From an uncultured delta proteobacterium (GTDB taxonomy: Bacteria; Desulfobacterota; Binatia; Bin18): a stretch of 64,000 bases of DNA. This document shows positions 22,671-33,088 of the stretch, one piece after another. Under the pieces are notes generated by a model. That model saw only the letters and a list, made by a program, of their open reading frames with translations, ran no database searches and was not told the DNA's origin. The translations under genes were made by a program, and so were the position numbers. Where the stretch lies: contig CAVTCR010000056.1 of assembly GCA_963733195.1 (NCBI GenBank), positions 32,001 to 96,000 of the forward strand. Reading direction: 5' to 3'. Numbering within the stretch: position 1 is the stretch's first letter; every line of letters starts with the position of its first letter.

Positions 22671-23885
22671 ATGCCGGGAGCACTTGAGGGCGTAAAGATT
22701 GTTGAACTTGCTATCTGGGCCGCCGGTCCTGCCGGTGGCGGCATCATGGCCGATTGGGGAGCCGATGTTATCAAGATCGAAGACCCAGAGGGTGGCGATC
22801 CCTTCCGTGGATTTTTATCCCTCGGTGTCGGTGCGGCGTCAGCCTCGTCAATCAACGGTTCTTTCGATAGCGACAATCGTAATAAGAAGAGTGTTGCGCT
22901 CGATGTGCGGACGAAAGATGGACAAGAGGTTGCGTACCGATTAATTAAAGACGCTGATGTGTTCTTAACGAATTTCCGACCTGCGGCGATCGAACGGTAC
23001 GGAATGAGCTACGCCAAGCTCAAAGCGATCAACCCACGACTGGTGTATGTGTGGGTGACCGGATACGGACCAGTGGGACCGGAGAAGGATCGCGCCGCGT
23101 TTGATTACGCCGGATTTTGGGCTCGCTCTGGCATTATGGCAACCATTGGTGAGCCTGATGCACCGCCGCCGGGACAACGCCCTGGCATGGGAGATCACAC
23201 AACGTCTATTGCGGTTGTTGCGGCAACGACGGGTGCATTGTTCGCTCGCGAACGGACTGGCGTAGGACAAGAAGTGTGGGTGTCGCTCTATCGCACTGGG
23301 TTGTGGGTCGATTCGATGGACGTACAAACTGCACTACTGAACCGACAAAATGTTCCACGCTTGAGTCGTACTCAGATGGGTAATCCACTGTTTAATGCCT
23401 ATCGAGCAAAAGATAACAAATGGTTCCAGTTAGTGAATTTACAGAGTGACCGGCACTGGCCGGGGTTCTGCAACGCGATTGAGCGTAAGGATCTGATCGC
23501 TGATCCACGATTTATCGATGCAGCCACGCGGCGAGAAAACGGTCCAGCGCTGATTGCGATTATGGACGAGGTCTTGGCCACGAAAACTCGCGCGGAGTGG
23601 GCAGCGCTCTTTGATGCCGCGGAAGTCTTTTGGGCACCGATTCAGACTGTAGAAGATGTAATTAACGATCCCCAAGCGCATGCCAACGGTTCGTTTGTGA
23701 AAGTAGATCATCCGACCGGTCAGCGTATCGAAATGGTCGCCACGCCGATTGATTTTCGCTCTACCCCCGCTCAAACGCTTACTGCTGCTCCTGAAGTTGG
23801 ACAACACACAGAAGAGACCCTTTTAGCTGCGGGATATACCTGGGAGGACTTGGCGCGATTGAGAGAACAGGGAGTGATTGGGTGA
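22671..23885 (+). CDS. family III CoA-transferase (CaiB/BaiF)
   Basis: ALEGVKIVEL, NRNKKSVALD, GMGDH, APEVGQHT. Confidence 0.93.
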   Translation: MPGALEGVKIVELAIWAAGPAGGGIMADWGADVIKIEDPEGGDPFRGFLSLGVGAASASSINGSFDSDNRNKKSVALDVRTKDGQEVAYRLIKDADVFLTNFRPAAIERYGMSYAKLKAINPRLVYVWVTGYGPVGPEKDRAAFDYAGFWARSGIMATIGEPDAPPPGQRPGMGDHTTSIAVVAATTGALFARERTGVGQEVWVSLYRTGLWVDSMDVQTALLNRQNVPRLSRTQMGNPLFNAYRAKDNKWFQLVNLQSDRHWPGFCNAIERKDLIADPRFIDAATRRENGPALIAIMDEVLATKTRAEWAALFDAAEVFWAPIQTVEDVINDPQAHANGSFVKVDHPTGQRIEMVATPIDFRSTPAQTLTAAPEVGQHTEETLLAAGYTWEDLARLREQGVIG

Positions 23886-24059
23886 AGAGGCTTCAGGTAT
23901 AGGCTGTGAAGGTTACCAGAATAAGAGGGCAAAGTGAAAACTATCTGAAAAGGCAAAATGGAAAAACAGCGGGAATCGCATAAACGACTCCGCTATATCC
24001 GCTTCTTGCTGAGACGGACTCCGAAGAGTGGCGGCACGCATTATAGTAAAATCCTCAAC

Positions 24060-25133
24060 CTAGAATCTCGCAATCACTTTCTCACTGAACTCTCGAACAA
24101 ACTCGGCAAATGCTCCGGCGGCTGGGATGAAGGCAATCTGTTTGACACCAGCACGTTCGAGCGCGCGGAGCCGTTCGATTAATTCTTCGGGGGCACAGGT
24201 CATCGTCGTTGCGCGAATGACTTCCGGTGTGGCAAAACGCGCTTCATCGGTTTGCAAATACATGCCGTGCCCGTCATGTAAGCTCAAGTAGTAGCGATCC
24301 CCCAAACGGCGCTTCTGGTCATCGATGAACGTCTGATACCGGGCAAAGATTGGTTGAATTGTCGCAGGAGCAGCGGTTGGATTCTGCACCCGTTCGTACA
24401 AAGCATGCATAGCCATCAAAGCCCACGGTCCAGCCTGTGCTTTCACACGCGGTGAGTCGTAGTCCTCTCCGGACCGAAGGAGGCAGGTGGTTGTGAGCAT
24501 CGTCGTGTACAGTTTCGCTGGATCTTTTCCGGCTTTTTCTGCGCCACGCTGAACCTGGTTCCACGTCTGCTGCCATCCTTCTAATGAATTGGTGCGGGAG
24601 GTGATAAACCCATCACCTACCTCTCCGGCGAGCATCATTGCGTGTGGAGCATTGGCGGCAACGTGAATCGGCACAGGATCGTTGGTGTTGATGAAGCCCT
24701 GTCCCTGATGGAAAAATTTGACCACACGCTGATCTTTGCCATACTGGAACTCGACTTCTTCTCCACGTAAGAGTCCGCGAATCACACTGACGTTTTCACG
24801 CAGTTCACGCAATGGACGTGGAGCCATACCCATCGCCCGCCACGCACTGTTGCCAGCGCCAAGGCCAAGAATGACTCGCCCTGGTGCAAGCTGGTTCAGC
24901 GTGGCGATAGAACTAGCTGTGACTGGTGCGATACGAGTGCCGACAATCGAGACTCCGGTACCAAGCTTGACTCGTTTCGTTTGCTGCGCGATGAGCGCAA
25001 GGCATATGTAGGGATCGCCCGCCATCATCTGCGTGTCGCTGACCCACACGTGTGTGAAGCCATTGTCCTCTGCAAGCTTTGCGTCCTGTGCGCAACTGTT
25101 CGGCTTAGCAAATATGCACACGCCAAAATCCAT
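24060..25133 (-). CDS. LLM class (Mer-like) oxidoreductase
   Basis: WVSDTQ, TKRVKLGTGV, APGRVILGLGAG. Confidence 0.92.
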   Translation of the reverse strand: MDFGVCIFAKPNSCAQDAKLAEDNGFTHVWVSDTQMMAGDPYICLALIAQQTKRVKLGTGVSIVGTRIAPVTASSIATLNQLAPGRVILGLGAGNSAWRAMGMAPRPLRELRENVSVIRGLLRGEEVEFQYGKDQRVVKFFHQGQGFINTNDPVPIHVAANAPHAMMLAGEVGDGFITSRTNSLEGWQQTWNQVQRGAEKAGKDPAKLYTTMLTTTCLLRSGEDYDSPRVKAQAGPWALMAMHALYERVQNPTAAPATIQPIFARYQTFIDDQKRRLGDRYYLSLHDGHGMYLQTDEARFATPEVIRATTMTCAPEELIERLRALERAGVKQIAFIPAAGAFAEFVREFSEKVIARF

Positions 25134-25281
25134 AGGTGATCCTCCTTTTTCCTGCTGATTCGCCCCTAACGGCTTGCAACCGGGAAGTCAATCATACATA
25201 TAAGCGGTCAGCTGTCATTTTTCAGCAGTCAGCTTTTTACTCCCTCTTTCGCAACAGGGAAGAGGGTAGGGGTGCGGGCTA

Positions 25282-25806
25282 ATGGTGAAATACTCACGCT
25301 CGGGGGACTGGGACTCTCAACTCGTAGAGGAAATCGAGATTCGCGCTTATCGTGCCGGGCTCGTTGCCGGAGCTGTGACGTTAGTGGCCGCGCTCGGAGC
25401 TGTGAAGGATCTGTATGCGCTTCTGAAACCTAGTGGCCGAGGGCAATTGGTTCTTGGGTTCTTGATGCTTCGTTACACACGACTGGAGCGTGTGTGGTTT
25501 GGCTACCGTTTCACTGGGCAGGCGGCGCTGTTAGCGACGATTCCTCACCTACTCATCTACGCCGCAGCGGCCTATGGATTGGTGACTCGTCGTCGCTGGG
25601 GTTGGTATCTTGTGTTTGCTTATGTGCTCTACATTCCGCTTTCAGAAGCTACTTTTGCGTTCCTCTACCCGCTCGGCTGGCTCGCCGGCCACCCGCATGA
25701 CCAATCAGTGGTACGTGCAGAGTGGTTCTTCATCGCAGTGAGTTTGCCATTGGAACTGTTCACGGTGGGACTTTTATGGTGGTACCGGGATTTATTTGTG
25801 CGATGA
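25282..25806 (+). CDS. hypothetical multi-TM membrane protein (paralog 1)
   Basis: Hydrophobic segments; shares RVWFGYRF, RRWGWYL, WWYRDxFVR with the next ORF. Confidence 0.8.
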   Translation: MVKYSRSGDWDSQLVEEIEIRAYRAGLVAGAVTLVAALGAVKDLYALLKPSGRGQLVLGFLMLRYTRLERVWFGYRFTGQAALLATIPHLLIYAAAAYGLVTRRRWGWYLVFAYVLYIPLSEATFAFLYPLGWLAGHPHDQSVVRAEWFFIAVSLPLELFTVGLLWWYRDLFVR

Positions 25807-25824
25807 CAGGCAAAGAGTTGCGCT

Positions 25825-26355
25825 ATGAATGAGGGTACCAATCTCACCGCGAATTCTGTGGCTACTCCATCACAACTAGTGGGAGACATTCGTGTGTTTC
25901 GCGCTGGGGTAATCGCTGGAGTTCTTGCCCTTATTGGTTTTCTTGGAGTGGTCAAAGATATTGGTGCGATCCTGAGCCCTGGAGAACGCGGCGATCTCAC
26001 TTGGGGTTTTCTTTCGGTGCGCTACACGAGCCTGAGTCGCGTGTGGTTTGGCTATCGTTTTGTTGGGGAGGAAGCGTGGAAAGCCGCATTTCCTCATCTG
26101 ATTCTTTATGCTGCAGCTATGATCGGGTTAAGCGGCATGCGTCGCTGGGGCTGGTATCTTGCGTTTGCTTACCTGTTATATATCCCAGTTTCTGAATGGA
26201 CATATATGCTTCTGTATCCGCTTGGCTATTTGACGGGTCAGGCATACCCAGACCCGATTCGTCAGAGCGAATGGATTTTCTTAGCTATTAGCTTTCCACT
26301 TGAACTCTTGGCTGCCGGGTTATTGTGGTGGTATCGCGATGTGTTCGTGCGTTGA
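25825..26355 (+). CDS. hypothetical multi-TM membrane protein (paralog 2)
   Basis: Tandem paralog of 25282..25806. Confidence 0.8.
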   Translation: MNEGTNLTANSVATPSQLVGDIRVFRAGVIAGVLALIGFLGVVKDIGAILSPGERGDLTWGFLSVRYTSLSRVWFGYRFVGEEAWKAAFPHLILYAAAMIGLSGMRRWGWYLAFAYLLYIPVSEWTYMLLYPLGYLTGQAYPDPIRQSEWIFLAISFPLELLAAGLLWWYRDVFVR

Positions 26356-26368
26356 AAGGAGGGATGGA

Positions 26369-27193
26369 GTGTCTGGCTATCAAGACAAGTTTGTTACGGT
26401 CAACGGTCTACGATTGCACTACCTTGATTGGGGGAACGAAGGGAAACCTCCACTTGTTCTTCTGCATGGTGGTTCGGCCTACGCGCACTGGTGGGATTTT
26501 GTCGCTCCAGAGCTCACGAAAGACTTTCATGTGTTTGCTCCTGATCAACGTGGGCATGGCGACAGCGATCACACAAAGCCACCTGCTTATAGTACACGTC
26601 ACTATGTGAGTGATCTGCGTGAGTTTATGCTTGCCCTTGGTTTACACAATCCAGTGCTGATAGGCCACTCGATGGGCGGACATAACTCGGTGATCTTTGC
26701 CACTCAATATGCGCAGGACTTGAGTGCGCTTATCCTGGTGGACACTGATGCGGCCTATCCAGAGGCCGCGGTGGAGTTCTTACGCAAGCTCGGCGAGAAA
26801 CCGGCAAAAGAGTTTGATTCGTTTGCTCTGGCGGTAAGCCGCTTCCGGGTGTTGCCAGCTGAGTCGTTGATGTCAACTGAACGGTTGCACTACATTGCCT
26901 CCTTCGCGTTCAAAGAACGGCCAGATGGCAAATGGGTATCAAAACTGGATCGTAACACACTGTTTCGTGAACCGGTTGATGGACTACCGTTACTCGGGCA
27001 GATCACCTGCCCGACGTTGGTTGTTCGTGCCGAAAATACTCCAGTATTGTCGGATCGGAAGATGGAGCGACTTGTCGGTGGCCTTCCCAACGGCCGCTGG
27101 GCAGAAGTGAAGAACTGCTATCATCATGTGATGTTGGATAACCCGGAGGGGTTGGTAAAAGTGGTGCGGGAGTTTCTGGGGGAAAGGCTATAG
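26369..27193 (+). CDS. alpha/beta hydrolase
   Basis: LLHGG, DQRGHGDS, GHSMGG nucleophile elbow, HHVMLDNP. Confidence 0.92.
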   Translation: MSGYQDKFVTVNGLRLHYLDWGNEGKPPLVLLHGGSAYAHWWDFVAPELTKDFHVFAPDQRGHGDSDHTKPPAYSTRHYVSDLREFMLALGLHNPVLIGHSMGGHNSVIFATQYAQDLSALILVDTDAAYPEAAVEFLRKLGEKPAKEFDSFALAVSRFRVLPAESLMSTERLHYIASFAFKERPDGKWVSKLDRNTLFREPVDGLPLLGQITCPTLVVRAENTPVLSDRKMERLVGGLPNGRWAEVKNCYHHVMLDNPEGLVKVVREFLGERL

Positions 27194-27471
27194 GCTGAAG
27201 GCTTCGAGCTATAGGGACGAAAAGGCAAAGGGCAAAAGATCAAAGTTCCATTTTCCCGTTTCGCCATTTTCCCCTTCTTGTTAGATTACTTCCTGTTCTC
27301 TCAATTGTTCTATGTCCTCCCACGTGTAGCCTGAGGATGCCTCCTTACCTCGCGATTGCTCTCCGGCATTACCGACCTTTCTGCGCAAAGGCAAGAGGAC
27401 GAAGAAGTAAAGATTGGGATCTTAGTGCCGATTTTTGGCGTGAGCGACGGAATTGCTCAGTCTCAACGATT

Positions 27472-27774
27472 ATGAAAAACATGATGAATAAACGGCTTTC
27501 TGGTTGTGCCCTGCTACTTGCCTGCGTGATCAGTATCGACCTCGGCGAGGGGCTCTCGAACGCGAGTCAACAAGTGACGGAGACAGCTCCAGCGGCCCAA
27601 GTGCAGATGCAAGCCCGTCAGAATCCCAACAACAATGATAGAATAGGTCCTGACTCAGGAGGCGTTCGCGAGATCGATGGAACCCAACGCTCATCGTCTT
27701 CTGCGGGTGAAGCTGTGCCGTTTGGCGGTGATACCTGTCGCCCGGAGAAGATCGAAGCAACTCCTTGTCAATAA
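27472..27774 (+). CDS. small putative secreted hypothetical protein
   Basis: Signal-peptide-like N-terminus; start uncertain. Confidence 0.4.
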   Translation: MKNMMNKRLSGCALLLACVISIDLGEGLSNASQQVTETAPAAQVQMQARQNPNNNDRIGPDSGGVREIDGTQRSSSSAGEAVPFGGDTCRPEKIEATPCQ

Positions 27775-28206
27775 TCAATCGTTAGATACTCTGCTTTTCG
27801 TTTCCCGTCCCTCACTCTGCCGCATTGCTTGTGCATCCCAGGGAAGGTCAGCTTAGCCGCATGATCCCTTCCTGGGGCAGGGTGATGTCGCACTTCTCTC
27901 TGATGACACAGCTTCTATAAGGGTGGCGTCCATATGCAGACGTGCGGCCCGCTCGATAAGAGCGCTGCTGACCGCGACCTCAAGAGTTGAGTAGTCCAAA
28001 AAAGCAATCCTCTGCAGAGTGACACCGGAGATGCCTTGGAGTTGCCTTTGGGCAAACGGATACGCTACAAAATAAGAGGCAATCAATCTGTCAGCGAGAA
28101 CGGGCAGAAGTTGTTTCTCTACCCCCGCCCTGTACTACATTTAAGTGATGGGCTTGCTTACCGATTGACGGAGGACAGGGCTATACGGTGGGGACACGAG
28201 GAGACT

Positions 28207-28824
28207 ATGCCCGGACGCATGCGACCCTTACTGGCTTCGACTTCCCGTTCTGGCTGCTACTGGTGGAAAACGATTGTTGTAATGGTGTTGCTGCTCAATT
28301 CTGGGGCAGCGTGGGCACAGGGGAAGATTTATACCTGGACCGATAAGAATGGGGTTGTCCATTTCTCTGACTCGGTAAGCTCGCCACAAGATTTTGGTCG
28401 AGCCAAAGCCCTTGCAACGGAGTCTCGCCAAACGATGCCGAAAGGGAAAGGGAACACCGAGGAAATTCCCCTCGTGACTTTTGCGGACCGCCCGTCGCAG
28501 AAATTTGTTCGTGCTCAGCTTGAAAGTGGCCGTGGGACCCGGGATGTGTTGATGCTGGTTGATACCGGCGCGCAGATCTCGCTTGTTGATCAACAAACCG
28601 CCAAAGATCTCGAATTAGAACATGTGGAAGAGGCGACCTTGCGTGGCGTTAATGGTGTTACACAGAGTTGGATCGGGCGATTGCCCTCTCTTCGTGTAGG
28701 TGAAGAAGAGATCCGCGATCTTCGGGTGCTGGTTGGCCCGCAACCCGGGTTGGTGCTCCTGGGGATGGACGTGCTGGATCGCCTCAAATTATCTGTTGGT
28801 CCTCAGAGTTTGCACCGCCGGTAA
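28207..28824 (+). CDS. DUF4124 + retropepsin-like aspartyl protease
   Basis: IYTWTDKNGVVHFSD; LVDTGA; LLGMDVL. Confidence 0.88.
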   Translation: MPGRMRPLLASTSRSGCYWWKTIVVMVLLLNSGAAWAQGKIYTWTDKNGVVHFSDSVSSPQDFGRAKALATESRQTMPKGKGNTEEIPLVTFADRPSQKFVRAQLESGRGTRDVLMLVDTGAQISLVDQQTAKDLELEHVEEATLRGVNGVTQSWIGRLPSLRVGEEEIRDLRVLVGPQPGLVLLGMDVLDRLKLSVGPQSLHRR

Positions 28825-29000
28825 GGGGAAAATGATAAAAAAAATGAGAAATGTAAGGAAGGAAAACGAAGAGAACACAAGCCGACCAAGGCTACGGAAT
28901 TCTCCATTCTCCATTTTTAATTCTTCATTCCCTCCTCACAGTCTGCTGGGTCTTGCCAGAGACATTACCCTTCCCGGTAAGATCCCGCCATCCTTCCCAC

Positions 29001-29085
29001 GCCGGGATGGCGGAATTGGCAGACGCAGTGGACTCAAAATCCACCGCTCCACAAAAGCGTGCGAGTTCGAGTCTCGCTCCCGGCA
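29001..29085 (+). tRNA. tRNA-Leu (CAA); CCA not encoded
   Basis: GCCGGGA/TCCCGGC acceptor stem, GTGGA-CTCAAAA-TCCAC anticodon arm, long variable arm, GTTCGAG T loop. Confidence 0.95.
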
Positions 29086-29142
29086 TACTATGATCCAGTA
29101 CTCACTCGCGAACGATAACTCATGCGAGAAGGAGAACGTAAA

Positions 29143-29376
29143 ATGCCACGCACTTTACCGTTCGACGCTGCGAAAAGCCATCTGCGGGAACTAGTCGAAG
29201 GAATGGTTCCTGGTGAAGAACTCGTGTTGACTTCACAAGGTGAGCCGATCGCAGTTGTTACCCGGCCACCCCGAGCCAGCTGGCCGTGTCAGCCAGGTTC
29301 AGCGAAGGATACGAAGTACTGGATGGCCCCGGATTTCGACGCGCCACTCGAGGACTTTGCGGAGTATATGGAGTGA
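29143..29376 (+). CDS. Phd/YefM-type (VapB) antitoxin
   Basis: AKSHLRELVE..GEELVLT...MAPDFDAPLEDFAEY. Confidence 0.88.
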   Translation: MPRTLPFDAAKSHLRELVEGMVPGEELVLTSQGEPIAVVTRPPRASWPCQPGSAKDTKYWMAPDFDAPLEDFAEYME

Positions 29377-29759
29377 CGCTCCTTCTTGATACCCACAGCT
29401 TTCTATGGTTTTGGTGGGACGATCCGCAGTTGAGTGAGACAGCCAAGCACGCGATCTGCGATCCAACCCAGCGGAAACTGATCAGCACAGTCAGTTGCTG
29501 GGAAATCGCCATCAAGGTGAGTCGTAAGAAACTGGACCTCGGTGTGCCGTATAGAGGGTTCATCCATCAACATATGGTTCGTAATAACTTCGAGTTATTA
29601 CAGATTACAGATGAACACCTGGCTTGGCTCGTTGATCTGCCGTTCCACCACAAAGATCCATTCGATCGTCTGCTGGTAGCGCAGGCCTTGTACGAGCAGA
29701 TTCCTATCGTCAGTGCCGATCCACAGCTTGATGCCTATGGGATTACTCGCATCTGGTAG
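29373..29759 (+). CDS. vapC: PIN-domain VapC toxin
   Basis: LLLDTHSFLW, WEIAIK, HHKDPFDRLLVAQA, VSAD. Confidence 0.92.
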   Translation: MTLLLDTHSFLWFWWDDPQLSETAKHAICDPTQRKLISTVSCWEIAIKVSRKKLDLGVPYRGFIHQHMVRNNFELLQITDEHLAWLVDLPFHHKDPFDRLLVAQALYEQIPIVSADPQLDAYGITRIW

Positions 29760-29843
29760 CGACGATGCCCACAAAAGCGTGCGAGTTCGAGTCTCGCTCC
29801 CGGCATCAGCAAATCAAACCCGTACACGTGGGCAACGCACGGA

Positions 29844-30620
29844 TCATCTCCTATCAATAAACACTCGCTCTTTGCCGACCCACATCGCTGATCTAGGAAA
29901 ATCAATAAACTTCGCTTCATCTTCGACGGCGAGTTCCATCGCTCGCTTTCCTTCTGGCGTGTTCGCTATGGTCGCAAGTCGCTACGATCGAACCACGCTT
30001 CAGCATGACCAATATAAGGTGCGACTGTGGTCCCACGGCCCGTACGTAACTGTTGTTCGATGGCATCTTCATAGTAGTGGACTTGCAGGTAACGTTTCAT
30101 CCGCATGCCCAGCGAGACGCCACGAATAATGGTCCATGATTGGTACGCCAATACAATTGCGCTTCATCGGGGTTGAGCTTCGTCGGATGTCGGAGACAAA
30201 AGAAGAGTTTGATGAGTGCACTGTGTTCCCGGGCGACGATATCTTCTGTCGGGTTCACTTGTGGATACTCATATGCAAACCACAACGGTGAGTTTGGCAG
30301 GTCGATAAAGTTTTTCTCGTCTTCTAGCAGTTCTTTACCCGCAGCTTGTCCTGTCGACTTCCCGAAGCTTGAGACAATTGCCTCGCGGTTCGTCCACCAT
30401 AGTTCGGCAACTCCATCATAGGGCTTCTCCATTGAACCTCGTGCTCCAGCAAGCTGGTCGTTAAGGGATCGTCTAAGGTGTGGAGCTGAACATAGCGATG
30501 GATGTTGAGTGTTGTTGAATGCTTTGCAACCAACGGTCCATGCACCTCGCGCCAGTATTTCTGAAATTCTGCGAGTGACATTCCGGGTTTTCGCCGCAAG
30601 ACAAATTCTAAGCGAATCAT
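29844..30620 (-). CDS. tandem EthD-domain protein (several frameshifts)
   Basis: RRKPGMSLAEFQKYWREVHGPL, YDGVAELWW, EDEKNFID; second repeat YWRTNHGPL. Confidence 0.82.
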
Positions 30621-30886
30621 GATTCCCCCTTTTGTTCGAGGTGAAAAGTGTCGCCGTCATAGGAGAAATTGTCTTAAGTTGCAAGTCATCCTGAACTGAG
30701 CCTAGTTCAACACTGGAACAGGCTCAGTTTGTTTATTTGTAAGTATTTGAAAAGTATTGTTTATTTTTCATCTTTAGATTTATTTTGTGGAGAAATTAAA
30801 GTTTTCCCTCGACGTTCCGATAATCCTTACTGGGGGTTCCAAACTGATTGCGATCTCATGACCAAAGGACCTCAGGAGGAATATTT

Positions 30887-32979
30887 GTGAACGGGGTGAA
30901 ACCGAGTTCTCCACGTTGGCTTCCGTTGCTTGCCGGAGGAAGTGTCGCGCTTATCTCCGTGGTGCTCTGGTGGACACTTAGTGTCCAAGAACAAACTCAT
31001 ATTCAGCACATGGTGACGGCTGAAGCGACGAGTATCAAGAACGAAATTGCGGTGCAGATGCAGGCCCGTATCCTTGCGTTAGTTGACATTGCTAGACGAT
31101 GGGAAAAAACTGGGAGGTTGCCGCAGGACGATTGGGAGATTGAAGCGGAACTGAATCTCAATCACTTCCCAGGGTACCATGCGATAGCCTGGGCGGACGC
31201 CTGGCTCGCTTTACGATGGGCAGTTCCTCTCAAAGATGATGATGCTGCGCTCGAGTTGAACTGGATTTTTGAAGAGCAGCGACGGAAAGCCTGGGCCGCA
31301 GTCCGCAATCGTCGTGAAGTGACAGTGACACCCGCAGTTGAACTGAGCGCAAAAGAAAAAGGCATTCTAGTCTTCATCCCTATCTTTCGGGGACAAGAGT
31401 GTGCTGGCCTGATTGTCGGTGTCTTCCGTATTCAGGAACTCCTTGATGCTATTTTGCATGAACATGTGATGCCCGAGTATGGGGTTCGCGGTATTTGATG
31501 CGACCACCCAAATTTATCGTGCAACGCATGCAAGTCCAGAGTACGAGGAAGCGAGGCAGCAGACCTCGATCATCGACTTGTACGGAACCCCTTGGCGTTT
31601 ACGGGTCTGGCCGCAGGCCACTATTGTTGAAACGTGAGGTTTCATCGCTGCCAGTAGTTGTCTTGCTCGCCGGACTTGGTATCTCGGTGCTCCTTGCTTT
31701 GGCGGTGACTTTTGCCCAGACAGCAAGTGTTCGTACCCAAACCGTTGTCAGTGTAAATGAGAAACTCGAACGCGAGATTGCCGAACGGGCGCGTGTCGAA
31801 GACGAGGTGCGGACACTAAATGATGAACTAGAACAGCGAGTGACAGAGCGCACAACGCAATTAGCTGAGGCAAATACTGATCTTGAGAAAGAAATAGTCG
31901 CACGTGCGCGTATTGAGCAACTTTTGCGTGAGAGTGAGAAGCGGTATCGCGGACTCATTGAGAATGTCAGCGATGGGATTCTCTCGTGTACTCTTGAGGG
32001 GATTGTGACAGATGTGAACTGGGGTTTGGAAATGACGCTGGGATGGTCGCGCCACGATCTCGTCGGGCATCACTACCGCAAGATCGCCACGCAAGCTACA
32101 GTTGCACTTTGTGACGAGCGTACTCGTCTGGCCGTTGCCGGAGAGCGTATGCCGGCGTTATTTGAGACTGAGATGGTGCGCCGAGATGGGCGGACTGTAC
32201 CAGTAGAGATCCGTGCGCGTCTCCGCCGCGATAAAGAGGGACAGCCCATTGGCGTTATTGCCACTCTTCGTGACATTTCGACGCGAAAAGCCCTGGATCG
32301 GCAACGCCAAGAGTTTCTCACCATGCTCACGCACGATATCAAGAGCCCGCTCGCTGTCGTACTCGGTTATGCGGACTTACTTCTTGAAAGTAACGGACAA
32401 CAGAGTGAAGAACAGCAAGAGAAAGATCTGCGACAACTGCGAGACAATGTCTGCACGGTATTTTCTTTAGTCGAGGATTATCTCAACGTATCTCGACTTG
32501 AAGACGGTCATTTAAGTTTGGAGAAGGGGCCAGTCGAGATCAATGCACTGCTGACGCATGTTGGACAGCAATATGAGGCGGAAGCACGGCAGCGCAGCGT
32601 CGCGCTTAAGTTTGCGCTGCAACCTGATCTGCCAGTGCTACACGGAGATGCGCTTGCCTTAGCTCGCGTCGTGAGCAATTTGGTTTCTAATGCATTAAAG
32701 TTCACTCCGCGAAATGGTCATGTCACTTTCAGTTCTAAGTGGCGCAATGGCGAGGTCGTCGCCTCGATTGCCGATACTGGACCTGGGATTCCTCCGGCGG
32801 AAGTTCCTCTCCTCTTTGAAAAGTATCATCGCGGGACGACGAGTCGGGAGGTCGAAGGAACCGGACTGGGGCTCTTTATTGCGAAGGCCCTCGTTGAAGC
32901 CCACGGTGGTCATATTGAGGTACAAACTGAGCCTGATCACGGAGCGAATTTCTCGCTGGTGCTTCCGCTGCCGAATTAA
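30887..32979 (+). CDS. CHASE-PAS sensor histidine kinase (frameshifts near 31490-31620)
   Basis: Two TM segments, PAS region, MLTHDIKSPL H-box, NLVSNALKFT, DTGPGI, GTGLGL. Confidence 0.88.
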
Positions 32980-33088
32980 GTCACGGAGTACTCTTGACCG
33001 ATTTCCCAGGTATAGCCGGGTTGTTTCGTTACTAGATTTCCGGTAGGCAGGTCTCTCAACACCTAGCGAATCGAGGTCAAAGAGAGTC

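Larger units (their letters stand above)
29049..29806. mobile_element. tRNA-Leu-anchored mini-islet (TA pair only) bounded by 38 bp direct repeats
   Basis: CCACAAAAGCGTGCGAGTTCGAGTCTCGCTCCCGGCAT at 29049-29086 and 29769-29806. Confidence 0.85.

Noticed and set aside
28700-29194. 164 aa ORF
   Set aside because: It spans repeat DNA and the tRNA-Leu gene; spurious.
29769-29806. Second tRNA gene
   Set aside because: Only the 3' 38 bp is present; it is an att repeat.
32980-33088. Cobalamin riboswitch upstream of the mutase
   Set aside because: The leader is too short and lacks B12-box motifs; only a promoter-like TTGACC...TATAGC is visible.
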